Source: a bacterium | GTDB taxonomy: Bacteria > Muiribacteriota > UBA6191 | DNA length: 37,921 nt | NCBI GenBank assembly: GCA_036339875.1 | Contig: JAYZAC010000046.1 | Coordinates: 1 to 37,921 of the forward strand | Direction: 5' to 3' | Shown here: piece after piece, positions 1 through 9,389 of the stretch | Layout: each line of letters begins with the position of its first letter | How positions within the stretch are numbered: the first letter of the stretch is position 1 | Translations under genes and position numbers: made by a program | The notes under the pieces: generated by a model | Told to the model about the DNA's origin: nothing | The model's database searches: none | The model's input: only the letters and a program-made list of their open reading frames with translations

Positions 1-1
1 C

Positions 2-733
2 GTAAAAATGGAGATTTCAGGTTTAGGTGAAGGTGAACATATTTTCTTACTAACAGCTACAGACAGTAATGGTAAGGAAGCCGAGAGAGCCTTTGGGATT
101 GATGTAAGTGTGTTAAAGGAATTCGAGGTAGCGAGTGTTTCGTTAGCTGGAGCTACTACAAATACACTAACAACTGCTATATCTGGCACCAATTATGTAA
201 TTGATGCATCTGGCGTTCAAGGTCTTAGTTTAGACAATTCAGGCCTAAAGTTCACCATAACGGGAGCGGGCACAAGCCCTGTTGCCACTTTTAATGGTTA
301 CGATTATTCAGTTACAGTTAATCTACTTACACCTGGAACTGATTTGCGTGAAGCAAGTATCCAAATTAGTGGCGCAACAATTACAGCTGGAAGTGTTGGT
401 TATGACTTAACTAGTGCAACACAGTTAATATTAAAGGCTACAAAATCTGACGGTGTTACTAATGCAACTTATACAGCATCATCTGGTGCAATCACCAATT
501 TTGATGTTTTGTTTGCAGAAAGTACTAATGGACTTGAAATTGATATTGCGGAATTGAAGAACGCAATCAAAACTGACGTCATTAGCAGTGCGGGTAGTTT
601 CTACCAGTCTCTTGATACCCTAACAGGGTCTGGTTTGACTGTAGAAGTTACTATAAACGCGCCTCAGTTTAGCTTCAAATCAGGTAACTATAATTTTAAT
701 ACATTTGTTATTGAGAATATTACTGTAGAGTAA
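2..733 (+). CDS. C-terminal part of a large Thr/Ser/Gly-rich extracellular or surface protein with Ig-like beta domains; 5' end lies outside the window
   Basis: The frame is open from the window edge (gta aaa atg...), so ATG8 is probably internal. 'GLGEGEHIFLLTATDSNG' resembles the end of an Ig/PKD-like repeat. Composition is T/S/G/A-rich and a strong terminator follows. Confidence 0.6.
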   Translation, partial: VKMEISGLGEGEHIFLLTATDSNGKEAERAFGIDVSVLKEFEVASVSLAGATTNTLTTAISGTNYVIDASGVQGLSLDNSGLKFTITGAGTSPVATFNGYDYSVTVNLLTPGTDLREASIQISGATITAGSVGYDLTSATQLILKATKSDGVTNATYTASSGAITNFDVLFAESTNGLEIDIAELKNAIKTDVISSAGSFYQSLDTLTGSGLTVEVTINAPQFSFKSGNYNFNTFVIENITVE

Positions 734-747
734 AGCTCTATAATATG

Positions 748-778
748 AGCCCCCGTTTCATTGAGACGGGGGTTTTTT
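748..778 (+). terminator. Rho-independent terminator
   Basis: Stem CCCCCGTTTC (750-759) / GAGACGGGGG (763-772) with one G-U pair, followed by TTTTTT (773-778), just after the stop at 733. Confidence 0.9.
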
Positions 779-827
779 GATTTAAGGGGAAATTAGTAGT
801 ATAGATAGATTAAACATAGTAGCGATA

Positions 828-1364
828 CTATATCTTTGTAATGTGAAAGTCCTGCCATGAAACAATTGTTTCTAAGTGATTTTCAATTGCATAAGACCTT
901 AATTCATAAACGTCTGATAACAGAACGTTACGTTTAAGACCGGCAGATATCCCAGCCTCCACATCCCTTATTGAATCGCCAATCATCAAAGATTGCTCCC
1001 TATCGATTTGTGGAAAATCCTCAAATGCTTGAAGAATCATACCTGGTTCTGGTTTACGGCATGAGCTTACTTTACGGTATTTTAGAACCTTGGCCTGAGG
1101 ATGGTAAGGACAGAAATAAATTTTTAAGAACTTTAGTTCTAAGAGATCTTGGAGCCTTTCATTGGTTTCATGAAGTTGCTCCTCTGTGAAAAACCCTCGG
1201 CCTATTCCTGACTGGTTAGTGACTAAAATTAACTCATAATCATTTGCAATGAGTTTATGAAGTGCTTGTTTGGCCCCTGAGACCAACTCAACATCTTCTG
1301 GCTTGTGAACGTAACCGTAATCGATATTTAAGGTTCCGTCACGATCAAGAAAAGCAACCTTCAC
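828..1364 (-). CDS. gmhB: D-glycero-D-manno-heptose 1,7-bisphosphate phosphatase (HAD subfamily IIIA)
   Basis: Motifs FLDRDGTLN, VTNQSGIGRG, Zn-site CPYHP...CRKPEPGM and MIGDSIRD. GTG start 3 nt after the ABC ATPase stop. Confidence 0.9.
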   Translation of the reverse strand: MKVAFLDRDGTLNIDYGYVHKPEDVELVSGAKQALHKLIANDYELILVTNQSGIGRGFFTEEQLHETNERLQDLLELKFLKIYFCPYHPQAKVLKYRKVSSCRKPEPGMILQAFEDFPQIDREQSLMIGDSIRDVEAGISAGLKRNVLLSDVYELRSYAIENHLETIVSWQDFHITKI

Positions 1365-1367
1365 TTT

Positions 1368-2129
1368 TTATTCTTTCGAGTCGTTTTGACTGAGTGCAGC
1401 TTCTTGAAGTTCTTCTTCAGTTATCTTTAGAAATATTCCTTCGAGACTGTCATCAGTAGAGCCTCGCTTCTTCAGCTCCCCCATATTGCCTGTGGCCAGT
1501 ATCTTTCCATGGTTAATTATAGAAATACGATGACATAATTCTTCGGCAACTGACATAGTATGAGTGGAAAGAAAAATAGTTTTACCGGCTTCTGTAAGCT
1601 CTACAAAAACTTCTTTGAGAGTCTTGGCACCTCGGGGATCTAAACCGACCATTGGTTCATCTATGACTAATATATCAGGGTCGTGCAATAAGGAGGCTAC
1701 AATCACTAATTTTTGCTTCATTCCGTGTGAGTAGTCCTCGATGAGACGATCACGCGCAAAATCCATCTTAAAACGTTCTAAATATGTTTCGGCTATAGTC
1801 TCCGCTGTAGGTCCTTGACAGTCGTATAAAAGCATCATAAATTCTAGAAACTCCCAGCCTTTAAGTTTCTCATAGACATAGGGACGATCCGGTATATAAC
1901 CCATTTTACGCTTGCATTCTATCGGATGTTTTTGAATATCCAATCCTTGAATTAATACCTTGCCACTACTTGGCGGTAGGATTCCTGTGACCATTCGAAT
2001 AGAGGTAGTTTTACCTGCACCATTGGGCCCTAAAAACCCGAAAATCTCGCCTGGTTCAACTTTCAGACTTATAGAGTCTACTGCGCGATGTTCGGCGAAT
2101 TGTTTTACCACCTGATCTAATTCAATCAT
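1368..2129 (-). CDS. ABC transporter ATP-binding protein (ABC-2/exporter type)
   Basis: Walker A GPNGAGKT, signature YSHGMKQ, Walker B LVIDEP, D-loop GLDP, H-loop STH. GGGGGA RBS upstream. Confidence 0.95.
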   Translation of the reverse strand: MIELDQVVKQFAEHRAVDSISLKVEPGEIFGFLGPNGAGKTTSIRMVTGILPPSSGKVLIQGLDIQKHPIECKRKMGYIPDRPYVYEKLKGWEFLEFMMLLYDCQGPTAETIAETYLERFKMDFARDRLIEDYSHGMKQKLVIVASLLHDPDILVIDEPMVGLDPRGAKTLKEVFVELTEAGKTIFLSTHTMSVAEELCHRISIINHGKILATGNMGELKKRGSTDDSLEGIFLKITEEELQEAALSQNDSKE

Positions 2130-2149
2130 TTATCCCCCAAAATCTCCGA

Positions 2150-3886
2150 TCATTGCTCAGCTTCGGCATTATTTACTGCTCTGACAGCCCACTTATAAGG
2201 AAAATATAAAAAAGCTGCCATAATTAAAAAGCCAATCAGAACCCAGCCTACTGCTAATACTATTTGCCAAGTTACAGGATCTTGGTTCCTGACGTTTGCA
2301 CGATAAATCAAAATACCTGGATATGATTGGCACATCAAAAATAAAAACATGAAAGCCAGTGACGCTACCATGTAAAAAGTACCTCCGAAGCTCATAAATA
2401 TCTTGTTAATATTTTCAGCCTTATAGTTTGGATAGATTGCTCCAAAACAAATCGCTAACATACTATTCGTGATACAGATACAAGTAATGTTAATTCCGTT
2501 AATAAGGTACAAATACCAAGGCACATCCAAAATATAATTAGCCAGTAAAGTCATTGCATTGCCGACAATAAGAATCCAGGGAATATAGAACCAAAATTTA
2601 TAAGTTAGTAATTTACTTATATGGAAGGGAGCTGTTTTCAAAATCCAAAAAGCTCTACCTTCAAGGCTTAGCGCTGGAAACAAAAATCTCATAGATACGG
2701 AGGTAGTTATAAAGCCTACGAATGCTGTATTCATATAGGCTATGAAGCGACTAATTGAATGAGAATAAAGACTTACTTTGTCTAATCTCATTAAGTGAAT
2801 GTTATAGAGGTAAAGTCCGACCATGGCAAAAATCAAAAAGATTTGACTCCATAGTTCTGGATTTCGAGCAAACAAAATTGTGTCTTTACTGTATATAGAC
2901 TGTACTGTAGGGCTCAACCACTTAAAATGATCTCTTAAAGAGGTGGAGGGTCGTTGCAAGACAGGCGCTGAACTCATCTCGCGGGTTCTACACCATGTTT
3001 GATAAAACAGGAATTTGCCTAGAATTAAGCTGAAGAATACCAAAATCAATGCGGTAGAGAATAAAATCAAAGCTGGTGTACGTGCTTCTACTGGATTGCG
3101 TAGCAACAAAGCAATGGCTACTTCTGATAGCCAAGTTGAGGGAATGTATTGAAAGAAGGGTACTTGTAGATTTTCTATAAATGTCTGTATTTCGGTAAAA
3201 TCACGGATTGAGAAAAGCTTTTCTGGTTGGAGCATGCGCACCAAAAGAACAACAAGTGTTATAAAGAGTACGGAGACAAATTGAAAAATCTTGCGCGTTT
3301 GGCGAATAGGGAAATAACGTGCAACTAACAGAGATACAATACAACCTATACAGCTTGGAATGATAAGAAAAGGTAGTAATGCTAAAAAGAACGGTAGGAA
3401 TCTGTAAAACTGAACCTGATAGTTTTGGGTGTAAGCGAATATGACAGGGAGAAAAAAGAACAGCGACATCCAGCTGGAACTTAGTGTTGATTCAATAAAT
3501 CTTGCTCTAAATATATGAAAACTTGGCCTAGGACTTGCCAGTAGAAGTTCGGTATCCTGTGATAAAAAAATGTGGCCTAGAGAAGAAATTAAATTACTAA
3601 ATAACAGCATAAAAAAAATCGCTAGCATTACCATGCTGAAGAGTCTTTCTTTGATTAAATCGCCAACCGAAATCCACTCACTAGCGAGATTCAGAACGGT
3701 GGAATATCGATCGTAAGATGTAAGTGAATCAAGCTTGTTCAGTAGTGCATTAGTGCCACCGTGAATCGCTCCAATTACCATTATTGAAAAAACTACAAAG
3801 ACTAGTAATTGAAGTTTATTTTTTGAGTCACTGGAATTACGAAAACCAATAAGACGATTGCGTGCTAATAGTTGCGAGAGCTGCAT
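2150..3886 (-). CDS. ABC-2 type exporter permease (multi-TM, two-repeat)
   Basis: About 12-14 hydrophobic segments, with DTELLLASP in the first half and SLEGRAFWILKTAP in the second. Lies directly upstream of the ABC ATPase. Confidence 0.85.
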   Translation of the reverse strand: MQLSQLLARNRLIGFRNSSDSKNKLQLLVFVVFSIMVIGAIHGGTNALLNKLDSLTSYDRYSTVLNLASEWISVGDLIKERLFSMVMLAIFFMLLFSNLISSLGHIFLSQDTELLLASPRPSFHIFRARFIESTLSSSWMSLFFFLPVIFAYTQNYQVQFYRFLPFFLALLPFLIIPSCIGCIVSLLVARYFPIRQTRKIFQFVSVLFITLVVLLVRMLQPEKLFSIRDFTEIQTFIENLQVPFFQYIPSTWLSEVAIALLLRNPVEARTPALILFSTALILVFFSLILGKFLFYQTWCRTREMSSAPVLQRPSTSLRDHFKWLSPTVQSIYSKDTILFARNPELWSQIFLIFAMVGLYLYNIHLMRLDKVSLYSHSISRFIAYMNTAFVGFITTSVSMRFLFPALSLEGRAFWILKTAPFHISKLLTYKFWFYIPWILIVGNAMTLLANYILDVPWYLYLINGINITCICITNSMLAICFGAIYPNYKAENINKIFMSFGGTFYMVASLAFMFLFLMCQSYPGILIYRANVRNQDPVTWQIVLAVGWVLIGFLIMAAFLYFPYKWAVRAVNNAEAEQ

Positions 3887-4032
3887 AATCGAACGTTATT
3901 ATATCCCACAGAACTAATGGAATAAAAAAATACTAAGTTTTGAACAACTTATAGCTTTAGTTGGTAACAAGTATTTAAAGAGAGCCAACATTATGTTACT
4001 TTCCAGTTGTTATTGTGCAAGCGGAGGAGATT

Positions 4033-4542
4033 ATGCTGCGTACCTTATGTCTAACTGTGATTTTTCTAATACCAACACTAGTAATGGCTCAAGCAAACTT
4101 TGACTCCGGAGACCTTCAAGGTGAAGCCTTTGTAGATTTTCAGTTTGAAAATATAGATGGTAAAAAAGTTGATTCAGATATTTATCGTAAGGGAAAAATT
4201 CTTCTTATGAAAATGGGTAACTTGAGTTGTCCGATGTGCACTAGTTTGCTTTCTAAACTCGGTAAACTAGAAAAACAGTATCGATCGAAATCGATTGTAT
4301 TTTTGGATGTTAGTTTTGAGAGTGACGCTGCCGCGCTGAAGAAGCACGCCAATGAGTTAGGTTCTGAAATTGAAACTTTAATGGACCCACAAGGTCTTTT
4401 GGCAAGTTATTATCAAATACAGGGAATTCCCGTAACGTTGATTGCAAGCGTAGACGTCGAAAGTAAGATTCTGTTTCATCAAGTTGGCGACATGGATGAA
4501 GTCTATCTCAAAAAAGTTATCGATAAATTTCTCGCAAAATAG
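4033..4542 (+). CDS. Exported TlpA/ResA-like thioredoxin-fold disulfide oxidoreductase
   Basis: GGAGGAG RBS at 4023-4029 favours ATG4033. Signal peptide ending VMA-QA, CXXC motif CPMC, cis-Pro loop QGIPVT. Confidence 0.85.
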   Translation: MLRTLCLTVIFLIPTLVMAQANFDSGDLQGEAFVDFQFENIDGKKVDSDIYRKGKILLMKMGNLSCPMCTSLLSKLGKLEKQYRSKSIVFLDVSFESDAAALKKHANELGSEIETLMDPQGLLASYYQIQGIPVTLIASVDVESKILFHQVGDMDEVYLKKVIDKFLAK

Positions 4543-4598
4543 ATTTTCTAAGTCTTTCATGAGTAAATCTTTAGGTGCATAGTTTCGAAGGTTATTCT

Positions 4599-5612
4599 AT
4601 GCGCTTCTACATAATCGTTATTTTTTGGTTATGTTCTGTATGTTTAAGAGCTCCTTTAGGTGCAGCGACAGGCGATACCTTCGAGCATTTTTTTCTTAGA
4701 GAATTTACGCCGAGTCCCAAAAATGTAGACAATATTTTTGAGGATAATCCATTTTATTTTCTATCTACCATTCCAAATAATATTTTTTTTGAGGAATATA
4801 ATCTTCAGTTTTTTGAGCAAAATTCCAAGGAAGTGAGATTTCCTGACATAAATTTACGTAAGAAATATTATTACGATACAAAAGCTAGAGCAAACAACAA
4901 AATTTTGGTTTTGTTGTTTGGAACCTTATGGGATCCGGATATTCTGAATCTTTTAAGAGTTTTGGCAGATCTACATGCAATATATTCTATGCAAGATGTG
5001 AATCAGAGAAGTCTAGAGCGTCAGTTTAGAAAATGGTTCAGGAAGAGCTTACAGGTTGGTTTTGAATTTGAAGATGTTTTAGATCGAAATGATGAAGGTT
5101 TAGTGATTAATAATAGTCTTAAATTAGAGGATTTACAAAAGCTGGAAGATCCCTCTCGAGGTGTTCGTCTTTTTATGATTGAAAATCTATTCTTGTTATT
5201 TAATCAAATGCTTGCTGTGATGCGTGATATTCCCTTTAAACCAGATGTTGCCTTTGCATTTGTCGCGACGAGTGCAAATGATGCGGATGCAAACGAAATT
5301 TTGAAAGAAGAGCATATTCCATTCGCATTCCTAAATGATTCAAATGCGATTTGGACGAATAAATTTGTGGAGACACGTGTTCCTGCTATGCTAATCGTCG
5401 ATCACGAAGGTAAGATTGCTTATCAGGGAGAGGTTTTAAACCATATTCGTATAAAAACCATAATTGATCGCTTAATGATAAGAGTATTTAAGTATCTCGG
5501 TGACCTCGTTGAAGAGCGATTCCGAAAGATTCGTCAACAACGCTACGAGGAAAAACTAGAAAAAGAGCTTCGCGAGAAAATGCTTAACGAGGGTAAGGAA
5601 GGGAGTGAGTGA
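4599..5612 (+). CDS. Exported TlpA/peroxiredoxin-like fold protein lacking CXXC, with a large insertion and charged C-terminal helix
   Basis: Signal peptide. KILVLLFGTLWDPDI aligns by eye with xVLLxFWATWCxxC. The C-terminal half (IPFAFLND...RVPAMLIVDHEGKIAYQG) is the typical TlpA C-terminus. Start uncertain (GTG4575 or ATG4599). Confidence 0.6.
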   Translation: MRFYIIVIFWLCSVCLRAPLGAATGDTFEHFFLREFTPSPKNVDNIFEDNPFYFLSTIPNNIFFEEYNLQFFEQNSKEVRFPDINLRKKYYYDTKARANNKILVLLFGTLWDPDILNLLRVLADLHAIYSMQDVNQRSLERQFRKWFRKSLQVGFEFEDVLDRNDEGLVINNSLKLEDLQKLEDPSRGVRLFMIENLFLLFNQMLAVMRDIPFKPDVAFAFVATSANDADANEILKEEHIPFAFLNDSNAIWTNKFVETRVPAMLIVDHEGKIAYQGEVLNHIRIKTIIDRLMIRVFKYLGDLVEERFRKIRQQRYEEKLEKELREKMLNEGKEGSE

Positions 5613-5665
5613 AAGATTTATCCGCAATGTTCTCGTAAAATGATTTGATTATGAAGATTTTCTAA

Positions 5666-7393
5666 TTATTTAGTGGCATATAGTTCATTGAAACTATCTT
5701 GCTTTTTAGTAGCTTCTTCGATTTGTTCCTCGATTATCTTGATGCCTCGTTTGAAAAAGACACGCAATATTGGTTTTCTATACTTTTCCTTAAACCTAAG
5801 TTGGTCGACCGAAAGAATTGCTATCAAGCCGTCTTTGAATAAAGCTTTTTGAGGCAGAAATTTTAGGGAATGAAATACTAGTTCGTCTGCTATTTGTTTA
5901 CCTAATTCCTTACGAAGATCCCATAATGTGCCCGACCAGATCTCGCCATCATCGTGGACACTTTGCTGTAAATCGTCGGGGAATACTTTTTTATTATTCA
6001 ATGTACGTAAATATCCCGTATCAGAATAGGCGCTGGAATCCCATTCACCTACATTTGGGTCACCGAAATAAGTAGCAGCTACGTAGTCACCATATCCTTC
6101 GTGCATAGCTCCGCCTTGACTACCCCAGCCGCCCTGAAGGCCTGACAATGAATCAACGACTGAGTGTCCCCATTCGTGCAGAATTATGTCCGCATCAGCT
6201 GAATCAGGCACCCCTCCATCTCCAAAGAAGAGAGCCTTTTTATCAGGAGAGTAAAAGCTATTGTCATCATCGTTATAGTGGACAGTGGCTGGAATAGCTC
6301 TTTCGTTAAGCTGAACCCCCAAGGAGACTATATACTTGTGAGCTTCATTGATATGATGGTAAACCATTACTTCATCGTAATGAGTGCTTTCAGTATCAAA
6401 TACGAATTTACCATTAACTGGAGCGGCATTATCAGCAGCATTATTCTGCACGCTTACAAATTTACCTTCGAGTTTCAGTTCGTTATTCAAATTATCAAGA
6501 ATTACTGCTTTGGCCTCGGGATCGGTTTTGATTGAAGCTGAATGGATTAATCCCACTGGCCCATTAGAGGCATTATTTGAATTGAATTTTGAAGAGAGTG
6601 CCGCTTTAGGGTTTCGATCAATCTGATTACTTATTTCCTTTAATGATTTATTCGCTTTTCGTCTGAGATTTTGCCACATATTTTTGGTAATATCCGTGGA
6701 CTTTTTTTCTGATTTCTTACTTTTCGTGCCGTTCGGATGCAATACCTGGTTGTAAGATTTTAGGATTTTTCCTTGCTGGGCATCAATCAAGTAGATGAAT
6801 TCTCCCATCATTCCGGCAAACGCAGTGACTTTGTAACCTCGTATTAGTTTATTTCTTCGAGAAATGAAAATCTCTTCAGATTTTGAAGGCTCACTGATTT
6901 GATCTACACCAAGATCCTTTTCTGCAATGTGGATGGCTTGATTACTTTTTATTATGACTATGTTTTCTACTTCCGCATCTTCTAGATTAACGTATTGTCC
7001 GTTCATGAGTACGACACTGTTATCTTTTCGTAGATGTACTTTTAATTGCTGAGCGAAAACGGGTATACCATCCAATTTCTGTTCAAATATAACGTGAGTG
7101 CTGTTTTGAGCCTTATCGATTTTACTCAGAGCCAGATCTTCCGTGTCATATTCTTCAGAGGCAAACATTGAAAAGTAACCAAGTTGCTTTTTTTGACTAT
7201 TTATAAAATCTCGAGCTACATCCTCTGGGTCGGCAATTTTCACCGAATTAGAGAAATTAAACATATTTTGATTTGACACGGACTGAGAGGATGCATCAAC
7301 TTTTGACTGAAACAAACTGATCTTCAGCGAGTTGGCTTCATTGCTATTGATCATATAGCTGGCGCAAAGCATTATAAGGCTAATTTTCTTCAT
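5666..7393 (-). CDS. Secreted zinc metalloendopeptidase, fungalysin (M36)/thermolysin (M4)-like, with FTP and PepSY propeptide
   Basis: Signal peptide MKKISLIML after a GGAGA RBS. FTP motif HVIFEQKLDGIPV, PepSY motif YLIDAQQGKIL, zinc motif HEWGH, third ligand HEGYGD and VHDDGEIW. Confidence 0.9.
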   Translation of the reverse strand: MKKISLIMLCASYMINSNEANSLKISLFQSKVDASSQSVSNQNMFNFSNSVKIADPEDVARDFINSQKKQLGYFSMFASEEYDTEDLALSKIDKAQNSTHVIFEQKLDGIPVFAQQLKVHLRKDNSVVLMNGQYVNLEDAEVENIVIIKSNQAIHIAEKDLGVDQISEPSKSEEIFISRRNKLIRGYKVTAFAGMMGEFIYLIDAQQGKILKSYNQVLHPNGTKSKKSEKKSTDITKNMWQNLRRKANKSLKEISNQIDRNPKAALSSKFNSNNASNGPVGLIHSASIKTDPEAKAVILDNLNNELKLEGKFVSVQNNAADNAAPVNGKFVFDTESTHYDEVMVYHHINEAHKYIVSLGVQLNERAIPATVHYNDDDNSFYSPDKKALFFGDGGVPDSADADIILHEWGHSVVDSLSGLQGGWGSQGGAMHEGYGDYVAATYFGDPNVGEWDSSAYSDTGYLRTLNNKKVFPDDLQQSVHDDGEIWSGTLWDLRKELGKQIADELVFHSLKFLPQKALFKDGLIAILSVDQLRFKEKYRKPILRVFFKRGIKIIEEQIEEATKKQDSFNELYATK

Positions 7394-7427
7394 GTAGTCT
7401 CCGTCGATAATGATAAACGACAAAGCA

Positions 7428-7455
7428 AGTTTAAGGAAAGCTTGCCAGCTGACAA
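7428..7455 (-). promoter_or_regulatory. Possible sigma70 promoter for the protease
   Basis: TTGTCA-16 nt-TAAACT on the minus strand, about 35 nt upstream of ATG7393. Confidence 0.3.
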
Positions 7456-7474
7456 GTGTAACAAAGATTTTTTT

Positions 7475-7864
7475 TTAACGGCTTATTATGACCGCTTTGA
7501 ATTTCAGATCAAGATTTAACCACATTTCTTTGATATCGCTTTCGATTTTGAATTGATCTAGAACGTCCTTTAATATCTGATGTCTACGATCAAAATGTCC
7601 ACTTGTGATTTTCAAAGGTTGATGAATTTGCTTCAAATTACGAGGTTCATAATTACGATGAGGACCACCTAGACTACGATTAACGAACTCGGCCTGATCA
7701 GTAATTAGTTTTTGTCGATCAAACGGTTTAAAGATGTAACCTATTAGTATATCAGCAAGTAGACGAGTGTAAAATTCATCTAAAATAACAACTAGTTGCT
7801 CAAAACCCCCTATTCGGGTGATTGGATCAAGCTTAGTATTAATAATATTTTCCTTCTGGTTCAT
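7475..7864 (-). CDS. Group I truncated (2/2) hemoglobin
   Basis: IGGxE...DEFY (B9-B10), IF (CD1), LGGP (EF motif), proximal His in IHQPLKIT, then HF. ATG7864 is the likely start, not the longer ORF start. Confidence 0.85.
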   Translation of the reverse strand: MNQKENIINTKLDPITRIGGFEQLVVILDEFYTRLLADILIGYIFKPFDRQKLITDQAEFVNRSLGGPHRNYEPRNLKQIHQPLKITSGHFDRRHQILKDVLDQFKIESDIKEMWLNLDLKFKAVIISR

Positions 7865-7940
7865 ACTTAACCCTAGCATTATCACGAAAATTATATCTGT
7901 GGATGCTACCATTTGGAGCATATCGAGGACAGGCTATAGC

Positions 7941-8414
7941 ATGCAAATTGATTTATTTTGTATTGGAAAACAGGACCGTCAATTTTTTACTTTAGTTGAA
8001 TTTTACGAGCAACGTATTCAACATTTTGCAAATCTAAAGATTTATGAACTGGAAGTCAAAAACATCAAGGATGAAGTCAGGCGTAATCAGATTGAAAATG
8101 AAAAATTGGCCGAGTTAATTAAGAAACGGCAGAAAAAAAAATATATAAATTTGTGGGCTTGTGAGCCCAGGGGGCAGTCGTTCTCGAGTGAGCAAATGGC
8201 TGCAAAAATTGGGCATAAGAAAGATACTGGACAAGCTCTTGGCTTTGTAATTGGTGGTAGCATGGGCTTAAATCAAAAAATACTCGAAATGTGCACTGAG
8301 AAATTATCATTTTCTGAAATGACGTTTCCTCATCAACTATTTCGTGTGATGCTCTTGGAGCAAATTTATCGGAGTTTATCAATAATAAATGGAGTTCCTT
8401 ATCACAAGGCCTAA
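7941..8414 (+). CDS. rlmH: 23S rRNA (pseudouridine1915-N3)-methyltransferase
   Basis: CIGK N-terminus, FVIGGSMG, and SEMTFPHQLFRVMLLEQIYR...PYHK. The start is ATG7941 (MQIDL). Confidence 0.95.
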   Translation: MQIDLFCIGKQDRQFFTLVEFYEQRIQHFANLKIYELEVKNIKDEVRRNQIENEKLAELIKKRQKKKYINLWACEPRGQSFSSEQMAAKIGHKKDTGQALGFVIGGSMGLNQKILEMCTEKLSFSEMTFPHQLFRVMLLEQIYRSLSIINGVPYHKA

Positions 8415-8458
8415 GTTCAAATTTCAATTTTAAGACCGGCCCGATAATGCTTTGTTCT

Positions 8459-9268
8459 TTATTTATCTTTAGGTTTAGGGCTTAGAAAAATAAAGAATAA
8501 AATAGAGAAGATTAAAAAAGTGATACCAACTGTTCTTCGAGTGCTTTCATTTAAACTGGTATCAGATACTTCGGAGGCAGATTCACTGATTGTCGCTCCG
8601 AAAGGTATACTCCAGCGTTTAAGTAAATCTCTCATGTCTCGGACCCTTGGATTGCTACTCTTTTGATAATCTATCGATTCTTTAATTGTCAGTGCCTGAC
8701 TCCAAAGTTTGTGATAGGTCTTCAATTTTTCATGGTAGGGCGTCAGAATTTGTAGCCCTAAGTAGCCTTCTTTTAAAAGATATATAGTTTTAGCGTAAAA
8801 CCTCAAAGAATTATCAGCTAGTTTAATTTTTGCTGTAAAACTAAATTCATTTTCGTGGAAATCATAAGATGGCGCACGAATCCATTCCACATCAACATTT
8901 TTATTAACATTCACATCTGAATTTTCATCAGCACTGAAGTGTTGCAAAATAATGGCTCTTAACATTTTAATATTAGGATTTAAGAGTACGGTATCGCTAA
9001 TAGGAATATTGCTTTGCCATTCAAATTGAACTGGTATATCAAAATCATTTTTACTTACTTGAGCTCTCAAATAATGAACTGAACTCAAGTGGGGAAGAGT
9101 ACCTGTAGAAATCATTTTCATTAATGGTACTTCTTTGACAAAATTAGAGAGGGGGTTTTGAGGTATCTCAGAGGGTGGTAAGGTGACCGACAGTTTTTTG
9201 GGCACTTTTGCGAAAGCTAGGTGAGTGCTCAAAAAAATAAGAAAAAAGAAGTGCATACTAAATTTCAT
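8459..9268 (-). CDS. Exported protein with C-terminal membrane anchor, weakly DUF2167-like
   Basis: Signal peptide (MKFSMHFFFLIFLSTHLAFA) and C-terminal TM followed by PKPKDK. WIRAPSYD and LLKEGYL resemble the DUF2167 WxxxPxYD and LGRxG motifs. The 79-aa ORF extension overlaps the next gene and is rejected. Confidence 0.55.
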   Translation of the reverse strand: MKFSMHFFFLIFLSTHLAFAKVPKKLSVTLPPSEIPQNPLSNFVKEVPLMKMISTGTLPHLSSVHYLRAQVSKNDFDIPVQFEWQSNIPISDTVLLNPNIKMLRAIILQHFSADENSDVNVNKNVDVEWIRAPSYDFHENEFSFTAKIKLADNSLRFYAKTIYLLKEGYLGLQILTPYHEKLKTYHKLWSQALTIKESIDYQKSSNPRVRDMRDLLKRWSIPFGATISESASEVSDTSLNESTRRTVGITFLIFSILFFIFLSPKPKDK

Positions 9269-9389
9269 AGCCAACATTGAACCGAAAAATACTGTTTTTT
9301 GCAATAAATGGGATGACTCTAGTGAATTAGAGTAGATGCATATCTTGGTTTTTGTCGCCTTTTTTGCCAAGATGGGCTGCGGAGTAAAG

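Noticed and set aside
7425..7445. GCAAGTTT...AAGCTTGC hairpin as terminator for the hemoglobin gene
   Set aside because: On the minus strand the stem has a mismatch and only a short T tract, and it overlaps a candidate promoter.
7818..7940. Overlapping N-terminal extensions of rlmH (7818) and the truncated hemoglobin (7921)
   Set aside because: Family homology begins at ATG7941 and near ATG7864; the extensions are just open frames across a divergent intergenic region.
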